From positions 17,174,001-17,238,000 of the forward strand of contig OZ024762.1 of the NCBI GenBank assembly GCA_964016885.1: a stretch of 64,000 bases of DNA, in the 5' to 3' direction. Positions 44,940 through 58,764 of this stretch are shown here, one piece after another. The stretch's first letter is position 1, and each line of letters starts with the position of its first letter. The translations under genes were made by a program, and so were the position numbers. The notes under the pieces are model-generated. The model was not told the DNA's origin. It did not search any database and saw only the letters and a program-made list of their open reading frames with translations. Source of the stretch: Eledone cirrhosa (taxonomy: Eukaryota).

Positions 44940-45225
44940 TATATAAATCAAGAAAGAAGAGTGACATGGTTTGCTATACAATAAGGGCTTTAATCACATT
45001 GCTGACAATTGTTTCTCTGAACTGGTGGGTCTAGAGATCGCTACCCGCCTGTTTCTGCGTCAATCGATCACCAATACATAGTTATAACCAGTCAATTCAT
45101 CAGAGCTTGCGAGAATGAAGGGAATACGCAGGCATGGCTTCTATATATAGTAGAACAATAATAACAATACTAACAATGCTGGTGAAAGCAGCGATTCTTT
45201 GCTTAAACTTTAATCTGTTATTTTA

Positions 45226-45303
<78 letters not shown>

Positions 45304-45634
45304 ATACTTGGGGAGGGTCATATTGTTGTAATAATATTGCCAGAAATAATAACAGAACACACTCACTGTTTGGTTGGTTTTCACTTCTGTATCTTTTGTA
45401 TCTCCACAATTAATTTATTTGGCAATCAACGTTTATCACTGATTGACCAACGGTTAAAGATACAGATATAAATATATTACAACAACATGACCCTCCCCAA
45501 CTATAACAATATTTGTTTCGACACACAATTTCATATCAAATGTCAACATGAATGGACCTGTTATTTTTTATCTAAAGACATTTTTTTCAATTCCAACCTG
45601 CACGTCCCTTCAATCTATCTTATTTCTCATTCTT

Positions 45635-45670
45635 TCTTCTGATGAAGGACTAGCATCCGAAACGTTAAGA
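45635..45670 (+). ncRNA. Minimal hammerhead ribozyme
   Basis: tctt-CTGATGA-aggactagcatcc-GAAACGTT-aaga. Element ~45555-45757, with copies on the minus strand at 20905-21030 and 55737-55912. Confidence 0.75.
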
Positions 45671-46260
45671 CGCCCTTCCTGCTATTTCAAGCGTTAACCT
45701 AATATATTCTTTCCATATACTGTACCGATTGTGTTGTTATTTCTGTTTACCTTTTACATATATATATATATATATATATATTGGTAAACGGAATAGAAAA
45801 TGCTGACAAATTGTTCACAGTTGAAAAATGGTTTAATTAGGAATAAAAGAGTATTAGTGATTGTATGGGTTAGTATTCAGTTGTGGTTTTAAGTTTTTAA
45901 GTTTTTACCGGTTGCGCATTTCTAAATGCTTTTCAAAAATAATTTTGAGATAGAGTGTCCGTGCTGTTTGCTCTGATCTGATTAGTTTTGGGAATTCTAC
46001 CTGTTTTTATGTTAAAAAAATGGCTCCAGCGTTATTTTTGTGTTGTAAAAATGCTTGTGGTCAAAACAATTTTGATTGGTCGGTAGAGGTCATGTGAATG
46101 TAAAAAGTTGATTTTGCGCCATGACTGTTTTTATGTTAAAATGTTAGAAAAGTGGCTCCAGCAAAGATTATGGTCAAAACAATTTTGATTGGTCGGTAGA
46201 GGTCATGTGGATAAAAAATTGGTTTTGCGCCAAGATTGAGAAATGACTCTTTCACAACAA

Positions 46261-46314
<54 letters not shown>

Positions 46315-46726
46315 TAGTAGTAGTAAGGTATTCGATGCTGCAACAATAGCCACCAGCGATGTGTGTCAAATGGCTATTAAGATAAGTGTGTGTGTGTGTG
46401 TGTGTGTGTGTGCGTACATACACACAGCAGAGTCATTCGAAGGTCAAAAGATATTTTTCAGCTTTTGTCTTATACGGAGAAGTGCGTGTGTGTGTGTGTG
46501 TGTGTGTATAAGTCTCTTTGTATGTTGATGTACGCGTGTGTATGTGTCTGTGTATATATGTGTGTGTGTGTGTGTGTGCGTGTGTGGGTGGACCAGTATT
46601 TTTTTCCCCCCCTGGTAAAATGGTGTACATTATTCGATTTTTTCAGTAAAATCGGTTCTCTTAATAGAACATCAACAATCTTAACAATAAAAGGTGTGAA
46701 ATGATATTCACTATATACACATATAT

Positions 46727-46760
<34 letters not shown>

Positions 46761-46938
46761 TTTCACTACATACATATATATATATATATACATATATACA
46801 TACATATATATGCACATATATTTTTTTGTATTGCACCATAGAGCATGTGTGTTTACGTGTGTCATTGTGTTTATATGTGGGTAGAGATGTGTGCTGATGT
46901 AGGTATGTATGTTGACGTGTGTATGTTGTGGGTTCGTC

Positions 46939-48546
46939 TTAGGGAGAAGTGTTTAGACGGGGTCCGTATTTGTTAATGAAGTAAGATTCCTTGCTGATGC
47001 GCTGGGTGTGGGTGGCATTATCTTTAAATTTGTAGAGGGGAAAGATTCTGAAGTTGGGATGATTTTGGGCGGCGCAGGTATCAATGTGTTCACTCAGTGG
47101 TATTTTCCTGTATTCCCGTATTTTAATTTGGGATCTATGGACAGTCATGCGTTGGCGGAGGCTGTTTTTGGTCTGGCCTATGTATTGTTCTCGACAACCT
47201 GAACAAGTTAATACATATATTAAATTTTCCGATGCACATGTGAAATTGTGTTTTACTATAAAACGTTGTCCATCTTTGAAATAGAATTCCGAACCCTCTA
47301 TTAGGTTGATGCAAATGCCACAGTTGGGTCTATCGCATTTTTTTACTGTGGGTTTCGTTGTTGTGGTTGGCAGTACTTTGGCATGTGTTAAGATGTTTTT
47401 CATTGACTTGGATTGTCTTTTGCTTTTTATGATATAGTGTGTTCGTAGAATTTGGTTCATTCTATGGTCCTTTTTCAATACAGGGATGTTCTGGAGGATG
47501 GTGTCAAAGGCCTCGTTGTTGAGGGGGTTGTGTGTGGAGATGTATGGAAGAGCTTTTAGTTTTGGTTGATTTACTTTAGGGTGTCTAAGGTCCTGGGTAC
47601 TGAGTTTTAGGGCACGTTGGATTCCATTGTCAATTAGTGATGCAGGGTAGTCCCTGCCTATGAGTGTGTCCTTTAGTTCTTGTAGCCGTAAGTAGCAGAT
47701 GTTTTTATTGGAGACTATAGTACAGATTCTCTTGGCTAAGTTGTAGGGAATATTAATTTTAACGTGTCTAGGGTGGCAAGAGTTGAAGGGGAGGTATTGC
47801 TTGGAGTCTGTGGGCTTGTAGTATATGTCTGTTTCTATTTTTTTGTTATGGATCTTAATGAGGATGTCGAGGAAGGGGAGTTGTTGATGGCTGTATTCCA
47901 TTGTGAAGTTAATATTTGTGTTGAGCCCATTTATAAGGGTGTGAAATTCTTTAAGTTTTTCGATGTTTTCGTGCCAAAGGATGAAGCAGTCATCAAGATA
48001 TCGCTTCCAGTTCCTTTCAATGTGTAAGTGGAGGGTGTTTCCAAATTTGTTTAGGACTTTAGTGTAGAGGGTGATTTCCAGGTATCCCATGACTAGGTTG
48101 GCATACGTAGGGGCTGTTTTCGTTCCCATAGCGGTCCCAGATTTCTGCCTGTAGGGTTTGTTATTGAAAACGAAGTAATTGTTCTCCAAGATAAATTTGA
48201 GTCCCTCTATCACGAATTCTTTTTTGATGCGTTGTGGGAGTTCATTGTGGAAGTTATCCAGCCAGAATTGGATAGCTTCTATTCCTAGGTTGTGGGGGAT
48301 GTTGGAGTATAGGTTGACTACATCGAACGTCACTAGTAGGGTTTGTTCAGAAAGTGGCATATTAGGGAGGTGATTGAGCATATCTAGGTCGTCCCTTATA
48401 TAGCTTTTGATGTGCTTGAGGAAGGGTTTGAGAAGGGTATCAATGAAGTTGCTAAGACGGTGCGTTTCGCAAGCGGGGCCTGCTATTATAGGTCTTAATT
48501 TGAGATCATTGGGACATTGATGACTATGTCTGTGGCTTCCTTGCAT
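46939..48546 (-). pseudogene. Penelope-like element (Neptune-type) reverse transcriptase + GIY-YIG endonuclease, C-terminal portion
   Basis: PLE RT motifs LRPIIAG, LVTFDVVNLYSNI, YRQKSGTAMG, WKRYLDD, LPFLD, YYKPT, SCHP. Cys-rich linker CDRPNCGIC...FTC. GIY-YIG LIYVLTCSGCREQYIGQT. Ends GPRLN. Joined to the upstream frame by one frameshift near 48510. Confidence 0.95.
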
Positions 48547-49256
48547 GCCTTACTGATTGATTCGCTTTTATGTACTTTAGGGATACCGTAGAAAAGGCTG
48601 GATTTACTTGTGAAGTCTGTGATGAAGCTGAATTCCTTGTTAGTGAGTCCTTCTTTGTATTGGTTGATTAGAGTTTTTAGGTTTCTCATAATTTTCTGTT
48701 GATTGTAGTGTTCAGCCTTTTCGTAGTATGTTTCGTTTTCCAAAGTGGAGAGCGCTAAGTTGATATAGAATTCTGTCTCCATTAGGACTACTGTACTCCC
48801 TTTATCAGCCTCTTTAATTGTAATGGTTCTGTCGGTTTTTAATCTATTTAATTCTTCCCATTCTTTCTTGTTGAGGTTTGGCTTGTGTTTTTGTCTGTGC
48901 AAGTGTTGGTAAGGGAAGTTTGTGATGTGTTCACAGAATTCGTCCAGGATTTTATTTCTACCTTTTGAAGGGGTGTAATTGCTTCTATTTCTGGCTAATG
49001 ATTCATCCTCATTGTACTGGTCGAATAGTTGTTCACTAAGTCGTAACTTTCTACAGAAGTCTGTGATGTCTTCCTTCATTTCATAGTAGTTAGGACGTAG
49101 TGGGGTCGGTGTGAATTTAAGACCTTTGGAGAGTAAGTTGATAAGGTTGGGTGTTGGTTCTGCACTAGTAAGATTGATAATTTTTATTACTATCGGTTTC
49201 TCCTCCCTGTCTTGTGTTATTTTGTTTGCCTGTATCTGTGTGCTGTGTCTAAAAAA
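48495..49256 (-). pseudogene. Same PLE, N-terminal part of the RT frame
   Basis: The frame is open upstream of the listed ATG (49079) and encodes KIINL...LLSKGLKFTPTP, then IKEADKGSTVV and FYGIPKVHK, all typical PLE pre-RT motifs. Confidence 0.9.
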
Positions 49257-50112
49257 TGGTTGGGGTAGAGGGGTTGTCTGCTGATGTTAAGTGGTCTCCT
49301 GTGCTTGTTATATTCCTTGTTGTTGTAAAATGTGGTTCGGGTTGGTGGTTGTAGATTGAATGGGGTGTTCCTGTACTGCGAGTATGGGTGTGTGTTTCTA
49401 TGTGCCATGTTGTATTGTGGTGTTATAAGTGGCCTACGTTGTTGGTTGTATCGTGTGGTGTGGGTTTGTTGTGTATTGTGGAAGTGAGAGTTGAGAAAAT
49501 GGTAATTACCTTGCTGTCCCCTTGAGGCGGGGAAGTTGTTGCATCTATCATGGCGGTGGTATCTTTTCCCTATGTTTGACGATGAGGAATCCGCGTAGTA
49601 GTTGAGTGATTTGGTATGGTGTCTCCTTGAAGGGGGAAAGTTGTAAATGTCATTCTGGGGGAGATGATTTCTTGGGTTTTTGTTCCTTCTTATGGTAGCG
49701 AGGTTGGGAAGTTCATCTTCGGTGTGGTGCTTCCTTCTTCGTTTGTTTGAGGTTTGGGGGTTTGAGAAGTTGTTGTGCGGTTCAGTTATGGGTTTTCCTA
49801 TTTTTATGAACGGGTTATTGGAGGTGTAATCCGTTTGAAAAGTCGATTCATAGTGTAGGAACCAAGCGGCACTTTTTTCCCAGCGTTGAAGGGATTTCAG
49901 TTCTTCTCTGTTGCAGTCCCCTTTCCATAATTTGGAGATCTTCTCTACCTTGGGGCCTTCAGTTTTGTTGTTGATTTCCAGGAGGATCTCTTCATCGATG
50001 GTTTTGATTTTTTCCTCATTTGTCTGGGCCCTCAGTTTAAGAAGTTCAATTTCTGTCTTCATTTTTTCCAATGCCATTCTTTCCCTAAGGTGTCTTTGAG
50101 GTTCGGGTTCAT
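49217..50112 (-). CDS. Upstream ORF of the PLE (coiled-coil-like N-terminus plus basic/polar low-complexity tail), 5'-truncated
   Basis: 286-aa ORF, same strand and base skew as the RT frames, overlapping the RT frame in the -1 register. Heptad-like LEKMKTEIELLKLRAQTNEEKIKTIDEEILLEI. Confidence 0.7.
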
Positions 50113-50142
50113 TTGGAATGGACTTTATTTGTAGTTTATATT

Positions 50143-50182
<40 letters not shown>

Positions 50183-50246
50183 ACCAGTTTAGTACTGGGG
50201 TCGATTCTTCCTCTATATTTCTTTCTCACTTCCTTTCTCCCACTCT

Positions 50247-50295
<49 letters not shown>

Positions 50296-50299
50296 GTGC

Positions 50300-50363
<64 letters not shown>

Positions 50364-50713
50364 TAATAATATTATTTATACTTTACGGACTGAGTTCAAA
50401 TCCCGCCGAGGTTAATTTTGCCTTTCATCCTTACGGGGTCGATAAAATAAAGTACCAGTAATACACTGGGATAATTGCTGGCCTTGTGCCAAAAAGTAGA
50501 AACAATTGTTTATACTATGAGTTATATATAATTATGAAATAATAACAGAACACACTGACTGTTTGGTTGGTTTTCGCTTCTGTATCATTGAGGACCGAAT
50601 AAATTAACTGATATAAATATCAGTTAATTTATTCGGTACTAAATGTTTACCATTGACTGACCAACGGTAAAAAATACAGATATAATATAGATATAAACAC
50701 ATGTATATAGTCT

Positions 50714-50755
50714 AACAAAGTTCTTTCGTTGCACATCTGCAACATCGTCAGTGGT
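50714..50755 (-). ncRNA. Minimal hammerhead ribozyme (family F)
   Basis: CTGACGA-tgttgcagatgtgcaac-GAAAG-aa-CTT. Stem II shows compensatory changes relative to 41500 (gtcaca/tgtgac versus gttgca/tgcaac). Confidence 0.7.
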
Positions 50756-51137
50756 GCTCTTATGTTCCTCCTGTTGTACTGTATATCTACGAAAGTGTGG
50801 TAAGGAACCAGGTAGACCATAACGCACCAGAGTACTCGATACTTAGAGCGACTGGTACTTGGTGACCAATTAATGAGGCTGAATGTGCCAGCTCTGTCTA
50901 ACCCTTTTTTAAAGCAGAATGAAAGAATAATCCGTGATTTTTTTGTGGTGGTGGTGGTGGTGGTGGTGGTGGTGGTGGGGGGGGGGGGGGGTTCTTCCTG
51001 GACCCTAGAGTGCAATTCTCTTCAACTCTATTTAGGGAACTGGTCCTAGCCGATATTCCTCATTATACTCTTAGTAGTAGCCTAACACCAATGAAACTGA
51101 AATAAGCTCCAGTCTTGTGAACCATAAAACTTGCGGC

Positions 51138-51175
<38 letters not shown>

Positions 51176-51271
51176 GTTTCTTATTGGCAACATGACCCTC
51201 CCAAAGTATAACAATATCGGTTTCAACACACGATTTCAGATAAAGAATCTTGCTAAACAAATTCAGAAACG

Positions 51272-51328
<57 letters not shown>

Positions 51329-51581
51329 AAATATTTAAAAAATAATGAATAAAACAATGAAACAGTTCCTTATATTAAACAAAAAAAGTTTTTTTGTTTA
51401 ATATAAGGAACTGTTTCATTGTTTTATTCATTATTTTTTTAATATTTTATCTTGACTCTGTATTCCGTTTATCTTTCACCGAAAGTGATTTTTCATTGCA
51501 TCTCTTCTTTCCATGATATCCGGATTACATTGAGTTCTTCATACGGATTGGACACTACCGTAAACTCTTGGTAGATTTATC

Positions 51582-51718
<137 letters not shown>

Positions 51719-52132
51719 TTAATTTGTTGGAAGTTCGACAAATATAAATGTTTGTAACTGATTTAGAGTACTCAACAAGTTACTGGAGTAAATATTCAAT
51801 GATATTAAATAAATGGAAACTATATTTATAAAACCATATTTATTTTATTATATATATTTCAAGGGTACCAAGACAACATTGGTACGCTTTCATCAGATAA
51901 AATACAAAGTTTGTTTTATAAATAGAGACACACCCAAGAAAATCATACCTTATGGGTTGGAAATTCACTAGCCAGTGATATATATATATATTCCTGCTCT
52001 GTAAAACACCTGATGTTCTTACATTGAGCTATTTCTCTTACTGGTAATAAGGTAGTAATAAATTACTGACCTTTCCTGTTTATAGTTATTTATAGTATAG
52101 TATAGTATATAGATAACTATAAATAGTATCAT

Positions 52133-52163
<31 letters not shown>

Positions 52164-52384
52164 GAAAAACAAGGGGAAGAAGAATACTGCATGGTTGCAA
52201 ATGGATTACATATTATAAAATTAGTCCCTCATCAGTGATTTTGCCAACCATCATTGGTATTTCATCGCATTAAAAATCATATACCTCACGTTGGTGCGAG
52301 CAATAACTAAAATAAGCTATTGGGACAAGTGAAACGCGTAAAGCGAGTGAGACAAGTAAACAACAAGAAGGAAAAGCAAACCGA

Positions 52385-52427
<43 letters not shown>

Positions 52428-52434
<7 letters not shown>

Positions 52435-52633
52435 CTAAAACAGAAAATGTCTGTTTGTCTGTCTGTCTGTCTGTCAAATGTTCAATGCCCTAGGGACCGC
52501 ATTAGACGATTTAGCGATCTCTTTCTCTCTCTCTCTTAGTCTTTCTCTTTTTAGATAGATACATAGATATTACGTTGCGCCTTTATAATATCTGTCTGTA
52601 TACCTGGCTGTCTGCATTACGTCATTATGACGT

Positions 52634-52694
<61 letters not shown>

Positions 52695-52818
52695 GTGTAT
52701 AGTGTGTGTATATATATATATATATAGTGTGTAACGTTTTTCGAAATATCTATTTCTGCGTTCACAGATCCCGTTAAGGGTGAAAGCAGCGATTCTTTGC
52801 TTAAACTTTAATCTGTTA

Positions 52819-52889
<71 letters not shown>

Positions 52890-53212
52890 GTGTACAGATA
52901 TTTTTGCATACACACATAAACAAAAGTATTTATTTCGCGATAAAGTATTCATTTTCTTCGAACGGAAAGAAACTCTGGTAATGTACGACGAACATTTTTT
53001 ATAAGCACAAAATGTAGACACCAATCCGAGGCCGAGGTATTCCGTACTCTTCTGTACTGTTAATTATATATTCGTGTACAGATATTTTTGCATACACAAT
53101 AACAAAATATAAACAAACGTATTTACTTCACGAGGCTCGAGAAGGATAAATATATATCAAATATATAAGAACCCTAGAGTAAATCCCGAGCAACGCCGGG
53201 CCATTCTGCTAG
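52428..53212 (+). mobile_element. Non-autonomous Helitron with PLE-derived cargo
   Basis: 5' (GTCT)n subterminal tract and 3' CCCGAGCAACGCCGGG hairpin plus CTAG. An identical 3' end lies at 396-426. Confidence 0.65.
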
Positions 53213-53213
53213 C

Positions 53214-53581
53214 ATATTATAAAATAACAGGAGGCTGGACTGGTGTAATTCCTTAAAAGGTTTATTATACTATGAACATTTCAATGACCGGGTTCAGTAT
53301 GAATCCGGTGACATCATCAGGTATTCAAAATTTAACAAAGGAATATAATAGACAAAATCCATGGGGCTGAAAAGCAGAGACAGGAGGGCAGCCAAACATT
53401 TAGCAGCTTCTACCCCAGTCAGCCGCCCTCCTGTTATTTTATAATAATTAACCCCGTACTCGCACCACCAACAACACAAACGAAGACGGGTGAGTTACAT
53501 TACGTCGAGTGCTCTCCCTAATATTACATCAAGGTTGACTATACGGAAAGACCAGTTCTATCCAGTGGTGAACCAACAACC

Positions 53582-53583
<2 letters not shown>
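53214..53583. mobile_element. PLE-derived inverted structure with HHR
   Basis: HHR atac-CTGATGA-tgtcaccggattca tac tgaacccggtcatt-GAAAT-gttc-ATA-gtat at 53267-53324 (-). Inverted arms ~53214-53245 and ~53415-53448. Tail hairpin at 53457-53514. Confidence 0.75.
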
Positions 53584-53634
<51 letters not shown>

Positions 53635-53751
53635 TAGGTAATTCCGAAGGAAAAGCCAAGGAAAAAAGAGTGCTCTATGTATAGAACAGAGCTATTTAAT
53701 TAGAAAGTGAACAACACAAAATATAACTACTCCATTACCAAACATTAACAT

Positions 53752-53819
53752 CTCTGCCTGACGACCGATCCAGACGTATATTACTATTGTCTGGGATCCA
53801 GAAACCTTAGGTAATGGAG
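53752..53819 (+). ncRNA. Type I hammerhead ribozyme (family D, second copy)
   Basis: ctctgc-CTGACGA-stem II-GAAAC-cttag-GTA-atggag, inside the inverted structure 53633-53850. Confidence 0.8.
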
Positions 53820-53845
53820 TAGTTATATTTTGTGTTGTTCACTTT

Positions 53846-54026
<181 letters not shown>

Positions 54027-54541
54027 AGATAGATAGATAGGTAACTTTCTTTTTATTTGCCACCAGGGTATCAAAGAGTGTGGACAAGTACAATGGGGGG
54101 AGATTACATAAAAAGGCGTCCTCAATAAGGAGGAGGCAATAACAAAATATTAAAATATAAAAATATAAAATATAACAAAAATAAATTGAATAACAAAATC
54201 ATCAATAGGGAGGAGGCGCCTTGGCGGGGGGGGGGGGGTCGCACACACCCCCGAAAAAAGTGTGCAACCCTTCTCCTCAGGAGCACAGAGAGAGGATGCT
54301 CCCTTGATCTTTCATCTTCCTCACCTATAGTCTGAGATAGATAGATAGATAGATAGATAGATATAGTAATAATAATAAATGTGAAGATTAAAATCCAAAG
54401 AGGGCTCGACAAGGATAATATATATATAAAAACATAAAACTATAGGGCAAATATTTATTAAAATATTTATTAAAAAACTTTGATCTGTTATTTTGATATA
54501 CATATATATATGTGTGTGTATATATATATATATATACACAC

Positions 54542-54573
<32 letters not shown>

Positions 54574-54727
54574 ATATGGGTTGCAACGTTTTTTTGAAAT
54601 ATTCACTTTTGCGTTCACAGATTGATTTTGTTAGTTTCAGAAGATCCCGTTAAGGGTGAAAGCAGCGATTCTTTGCTTAAATTTTAATCTGTTATTTTAA
54701 TAAATAAATATATATATATATATATAT

Positions 54728-55736
54728 AAAGTTGTAGTTCCTGTCTGTTTGTTTGTTTGTTCACGAACTCCTCCTATGGTTTTGGAGATAGACCCCCATA
54801 CCCATATATATTCTGAAACTACTTTGCCCAGGGTACTTGGATAAGTATATTTCATTTTAATCAAAGGGTTCCCCGGTGGCACAAACCCCCGCTGAAAATC
54901 TTTTCTCTTCGATTTATATGAAATTTAAACCATAGGCAAATGACAAGATATGATGTCTATTCACAAAATTTCAGCAAATTTCAATAATATTAAGACACCC
55001 TAATGGGGTTAAACCCCATATAGTGAAAATTTTGGCCAGTAAATGGAACAAAATATGTTGTAACAAGATTGCATGAGAACTTGATTGAAGCAACCATTAT
55101 ATTCGGGGCTTACAAAGGTCAAGCTCTTCTTATTCCGAGGATTCCACTTATACCAAGTGATAGCGAGTTGCCTTTTACATTTAAGAGGTTTCAGCTCCTA
55201 GTGAGGCCATGCTTTGCCATGAGCATTAATAAGAGTCAAGCTCAAACATTCAAAGCTATTGGTATAGATCTGACAAACCCATGTTTTATGGTATGTTTTA
55301 TGTGACTGTTTCAAGGACTGGAACTTCAAAAAAATGTTAGCCAATCAAGAAATGTTGTTTACCCTGAAGTTCTTCATTAGGACAAAGTATGAAATATATT
55401 TTCATGTATTTATTATGTTAAAAAATAAATAATTAAACTTTGAATTTCTAATTTAGAAATAATGCTTTACACAAAAATAAAATGATCAAGTTTTGAATTG
55501 ATATTTTGAAAAGAATTATTTACAAGAAACAAAATAAGAATAAGATTTAATAATATCATTTTGATTTGATATATTACAAAAAATAATGTTTTCCTATTTT
55601 TCATGCATTACATTTTACATTGAGTAATGTTGAAATGCAGAGATTTTCTCCATAAATTATATCACTGATTTAAAATCAATCATCATTTTCTTACAAAAAA
55701 GAAATGTGTGAAACGCAGCAAGGCGCGGGTAATTCG
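54728..55736 (+). mobile_element. Internally deleted Helitron with PIF1-helicase C-terminal fragment
   Basis: 55069-55380 encodes LIPRIPLIP..LPFTFKRFQ....CFAMSINKSQ and NVVYPEVL. The 5' part is homologous to 35400-35670. GC hairpin near 55714. Confidence 0.85.
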
Positions 55737-55924
55737 CACAAATAACAACACAATCGGTACAGTATATGGAAGGTATATATTAGGTTAACACTTGAAATAG
55801 CAGGAAGAGGGTGTTGTTTTGGACGCTAGTCCTTCATCAGAAGAAAGAATGAGAAATAAGATAGATTGAGGGGACTTGCAGGGTGGAATTGGAAAAAAAT
55901 AACAGGTCCATTCATAATATATAT

Positions 55925-56420
<496 letters not shown>

Positions 56421-56713
56421 CTTTAGTGGATTGGCAGTATCGGTAGAGGGTTGGATGCTATGCTATGCTTTGCAGAAAAGAGTTACGGCCATTTATGGTC
56501 TGAGTTCAAATCCCGCCGAGGTTAACTTTGCCTTTCATCCTTACGGCGTCGATAAAATAAAGTACCAGTAATACATTGTATAATTGCTGGCCTTGTGCCA
56601 AAAGTAGAAACAATTATTACTATATATATATATATATATATATAGATATATATGTATATATATATATATATAATATAATATATATATATATATGTATGTA
56701 TATATATATATAA

Positions 56714-56749
<36 letters not shown>

Positions 56750-56845
56750 TGTATGTATGTATGTATGTATATATAATGAAAACCTACGTCCTAAACCGGT
56801 GTACCAATTTAATGCGCCTTTGGGCGATAACTAACTTAACTACAG

Positions 56846-56895
<50 letters not shown>

Positions 56896-57276
56896 AAGAA
56901 GACAGAGAAAGAGAGAGAGAGAGAAGGGGGGTAGGTGGAGAGGTTGGGAGGACATTGCTGACGTCATCATCTTGATGGCGGAACAAACTGAACACAGAAA
57001 TCAATCTCTCACTCCCACTCCCTTTACAGATCGATACAAGAATATGGACAGAATGACTGAAATCACCAACGGCTTTGTAATTCTTCACTGAGTGACATTA
57101 GCAGCAATAAAGATATATCGGATTCTTTCATTCAGCAATTTTTTTACGTTATTCGCGACATTGGGAGAGTGTCGTCTGCTTTTGATTATCATTGGAGCAG
57201 CCGATGTATGTATGTATGTATGTATGTATGTATGTATGTATGTATGTATGTATGTATGTATGTATGTATGTATGTA

Positions 57277-57309
<33 letters not shown>

Positions 57310-57384
57310 ATGTATGTATGTATGTATGTATGTATGTATGTATGTGTGTGTATGTATGTATGTGTATGTGTGTATGTATGTATG

Positions 57385-57418
<34 letters not shown>

Positions 57419-57423
57419 TGTAT

Positions 57424-58042
57424 GTACTTCTGGTTTTATAATTTCACAAAGTTTTACCAATAGAGGGAGAGTCGGTTTCTAACATAGACACAGGACTCTC
57501 TCATTGGAATTTACACATCAACTAGGTAGATATGTATGTATGCATGCATGTGTAGATATGGATGTTATTGTATGTGTGGATGTGTATGTTTTGAGTTGTA
57601 TGTGTGCATGTGTATATGCTTTGTATCTGTACATGTGTATATGCAGTTATTAGATGCAAAATTTTTGGAATGTTTTACATATTTTTACTGTTCCATTAAT
57701 GGATTGTACTTGTAGTTTCCTAACTAGTTGTGTTCTTTCTGTTCCTGTAAAGCCTAGCTTCTCAAGATTTGTATTGAGGCAGTTACTAACATATCCCAGT
57801 GCCCCAATACTTACAGGCATAAATCTGAAGGTGTAATCAGGGTGGAGTATCTGCAGATTTCTCATCAGTTCTGCATAAATATTCTCCTTTTCACTAATCT
57901 TTGATATTATATTGGCATCTGCTGGGCAGCTAATTTCCACTACTGTGCATGTTTTCTTCTCCCTGTCCCATATAATATCTGGTCTGTTATGCCTGCATTT
58001 TATTGGGGTTTTTACTGGAACATTCCACCAGTAATCTTTCAT
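57424..58042 (-). pseudogene. R4/Dong-like non-LTR retrotransposon 3' end (restriction-like endonuclease + 3'UTR)
   Basis: HNRPDIIWD...VVEISCP...K..Y...VSIGALG is the RLE signature. Both ends lie in (CATA)n. Confidence 0.85.
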
Positions 58043-58764
58043 ATGTATGTATGTATGTATGTGTTTGTCAGGTCACCAGTTTGTGCTACTGGTAACATGT
58101 ATCCCAGTACAACCTGTCCCATGGTCGGGTCGTTGGCGACTAAACTCGCAACCCCACCAAGGTTTCTTGGTGAGGAGGGTGACTTTGGACATCCTGCAGG
58201 ACTAAAAACAAAACCTGTCAGGGCAAAGGTGCTCTTAAGAGTCAATGGCCATCCAAAATCACCGGGAGAGATGACCCCTTAGCCTTTGTCAGGGCAGAAT
58301 TCTAGGAGAAGGAAAACTCTGATATAACACCTGCAACTCTGATGGTATCCAATGATGTTGACTTGTTCTTCTTTTTGGTAAATACCATCTTGGTTAAGAG
58401 AGTGGGACTGGCTTTGTGCAGTGCCTTTGCTCACTATAAAAGCTTCACGGCACAGGCATTGCTTTATATCTGGAGATCTCTCTGCACTTGTCGTCACATG
58501 GTACCATGGGCCCAGCACTATGTGTCAATAATTGTCACAAATGTAGTGTTTGTACCAGAGTTTTCAAGTCGCTGGCTGGACTAAAAAGTCACACTCGTTC
58601 AGCGCATCAGTAGGAGTTCTCCTACATGGATATAAAGTAGTGGCCGTACTCGAAAACGAGTTGGCAGCCACCATGTAATGTATATATGTATGTATATATG
58701 TATGTATGTAATGTATATATGTATGTATATATGTATGTAATGTATATATATAGGTATGTATGTA

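Noticed and set aside
46939-47300. Selenoprotein-type (Naiad) PLE
   Set aside because: The endonuclease is C-terminal and there is no in-frame TGA at Cys positions, consistent with Neptune-type.
48495-48546. Second PLE frameshift as programmed recoding
   Set aside because: No slippery heptamer. It interrupts the conserved PKVHK-LRPI interval and looks like a small deletion or sequencing error.
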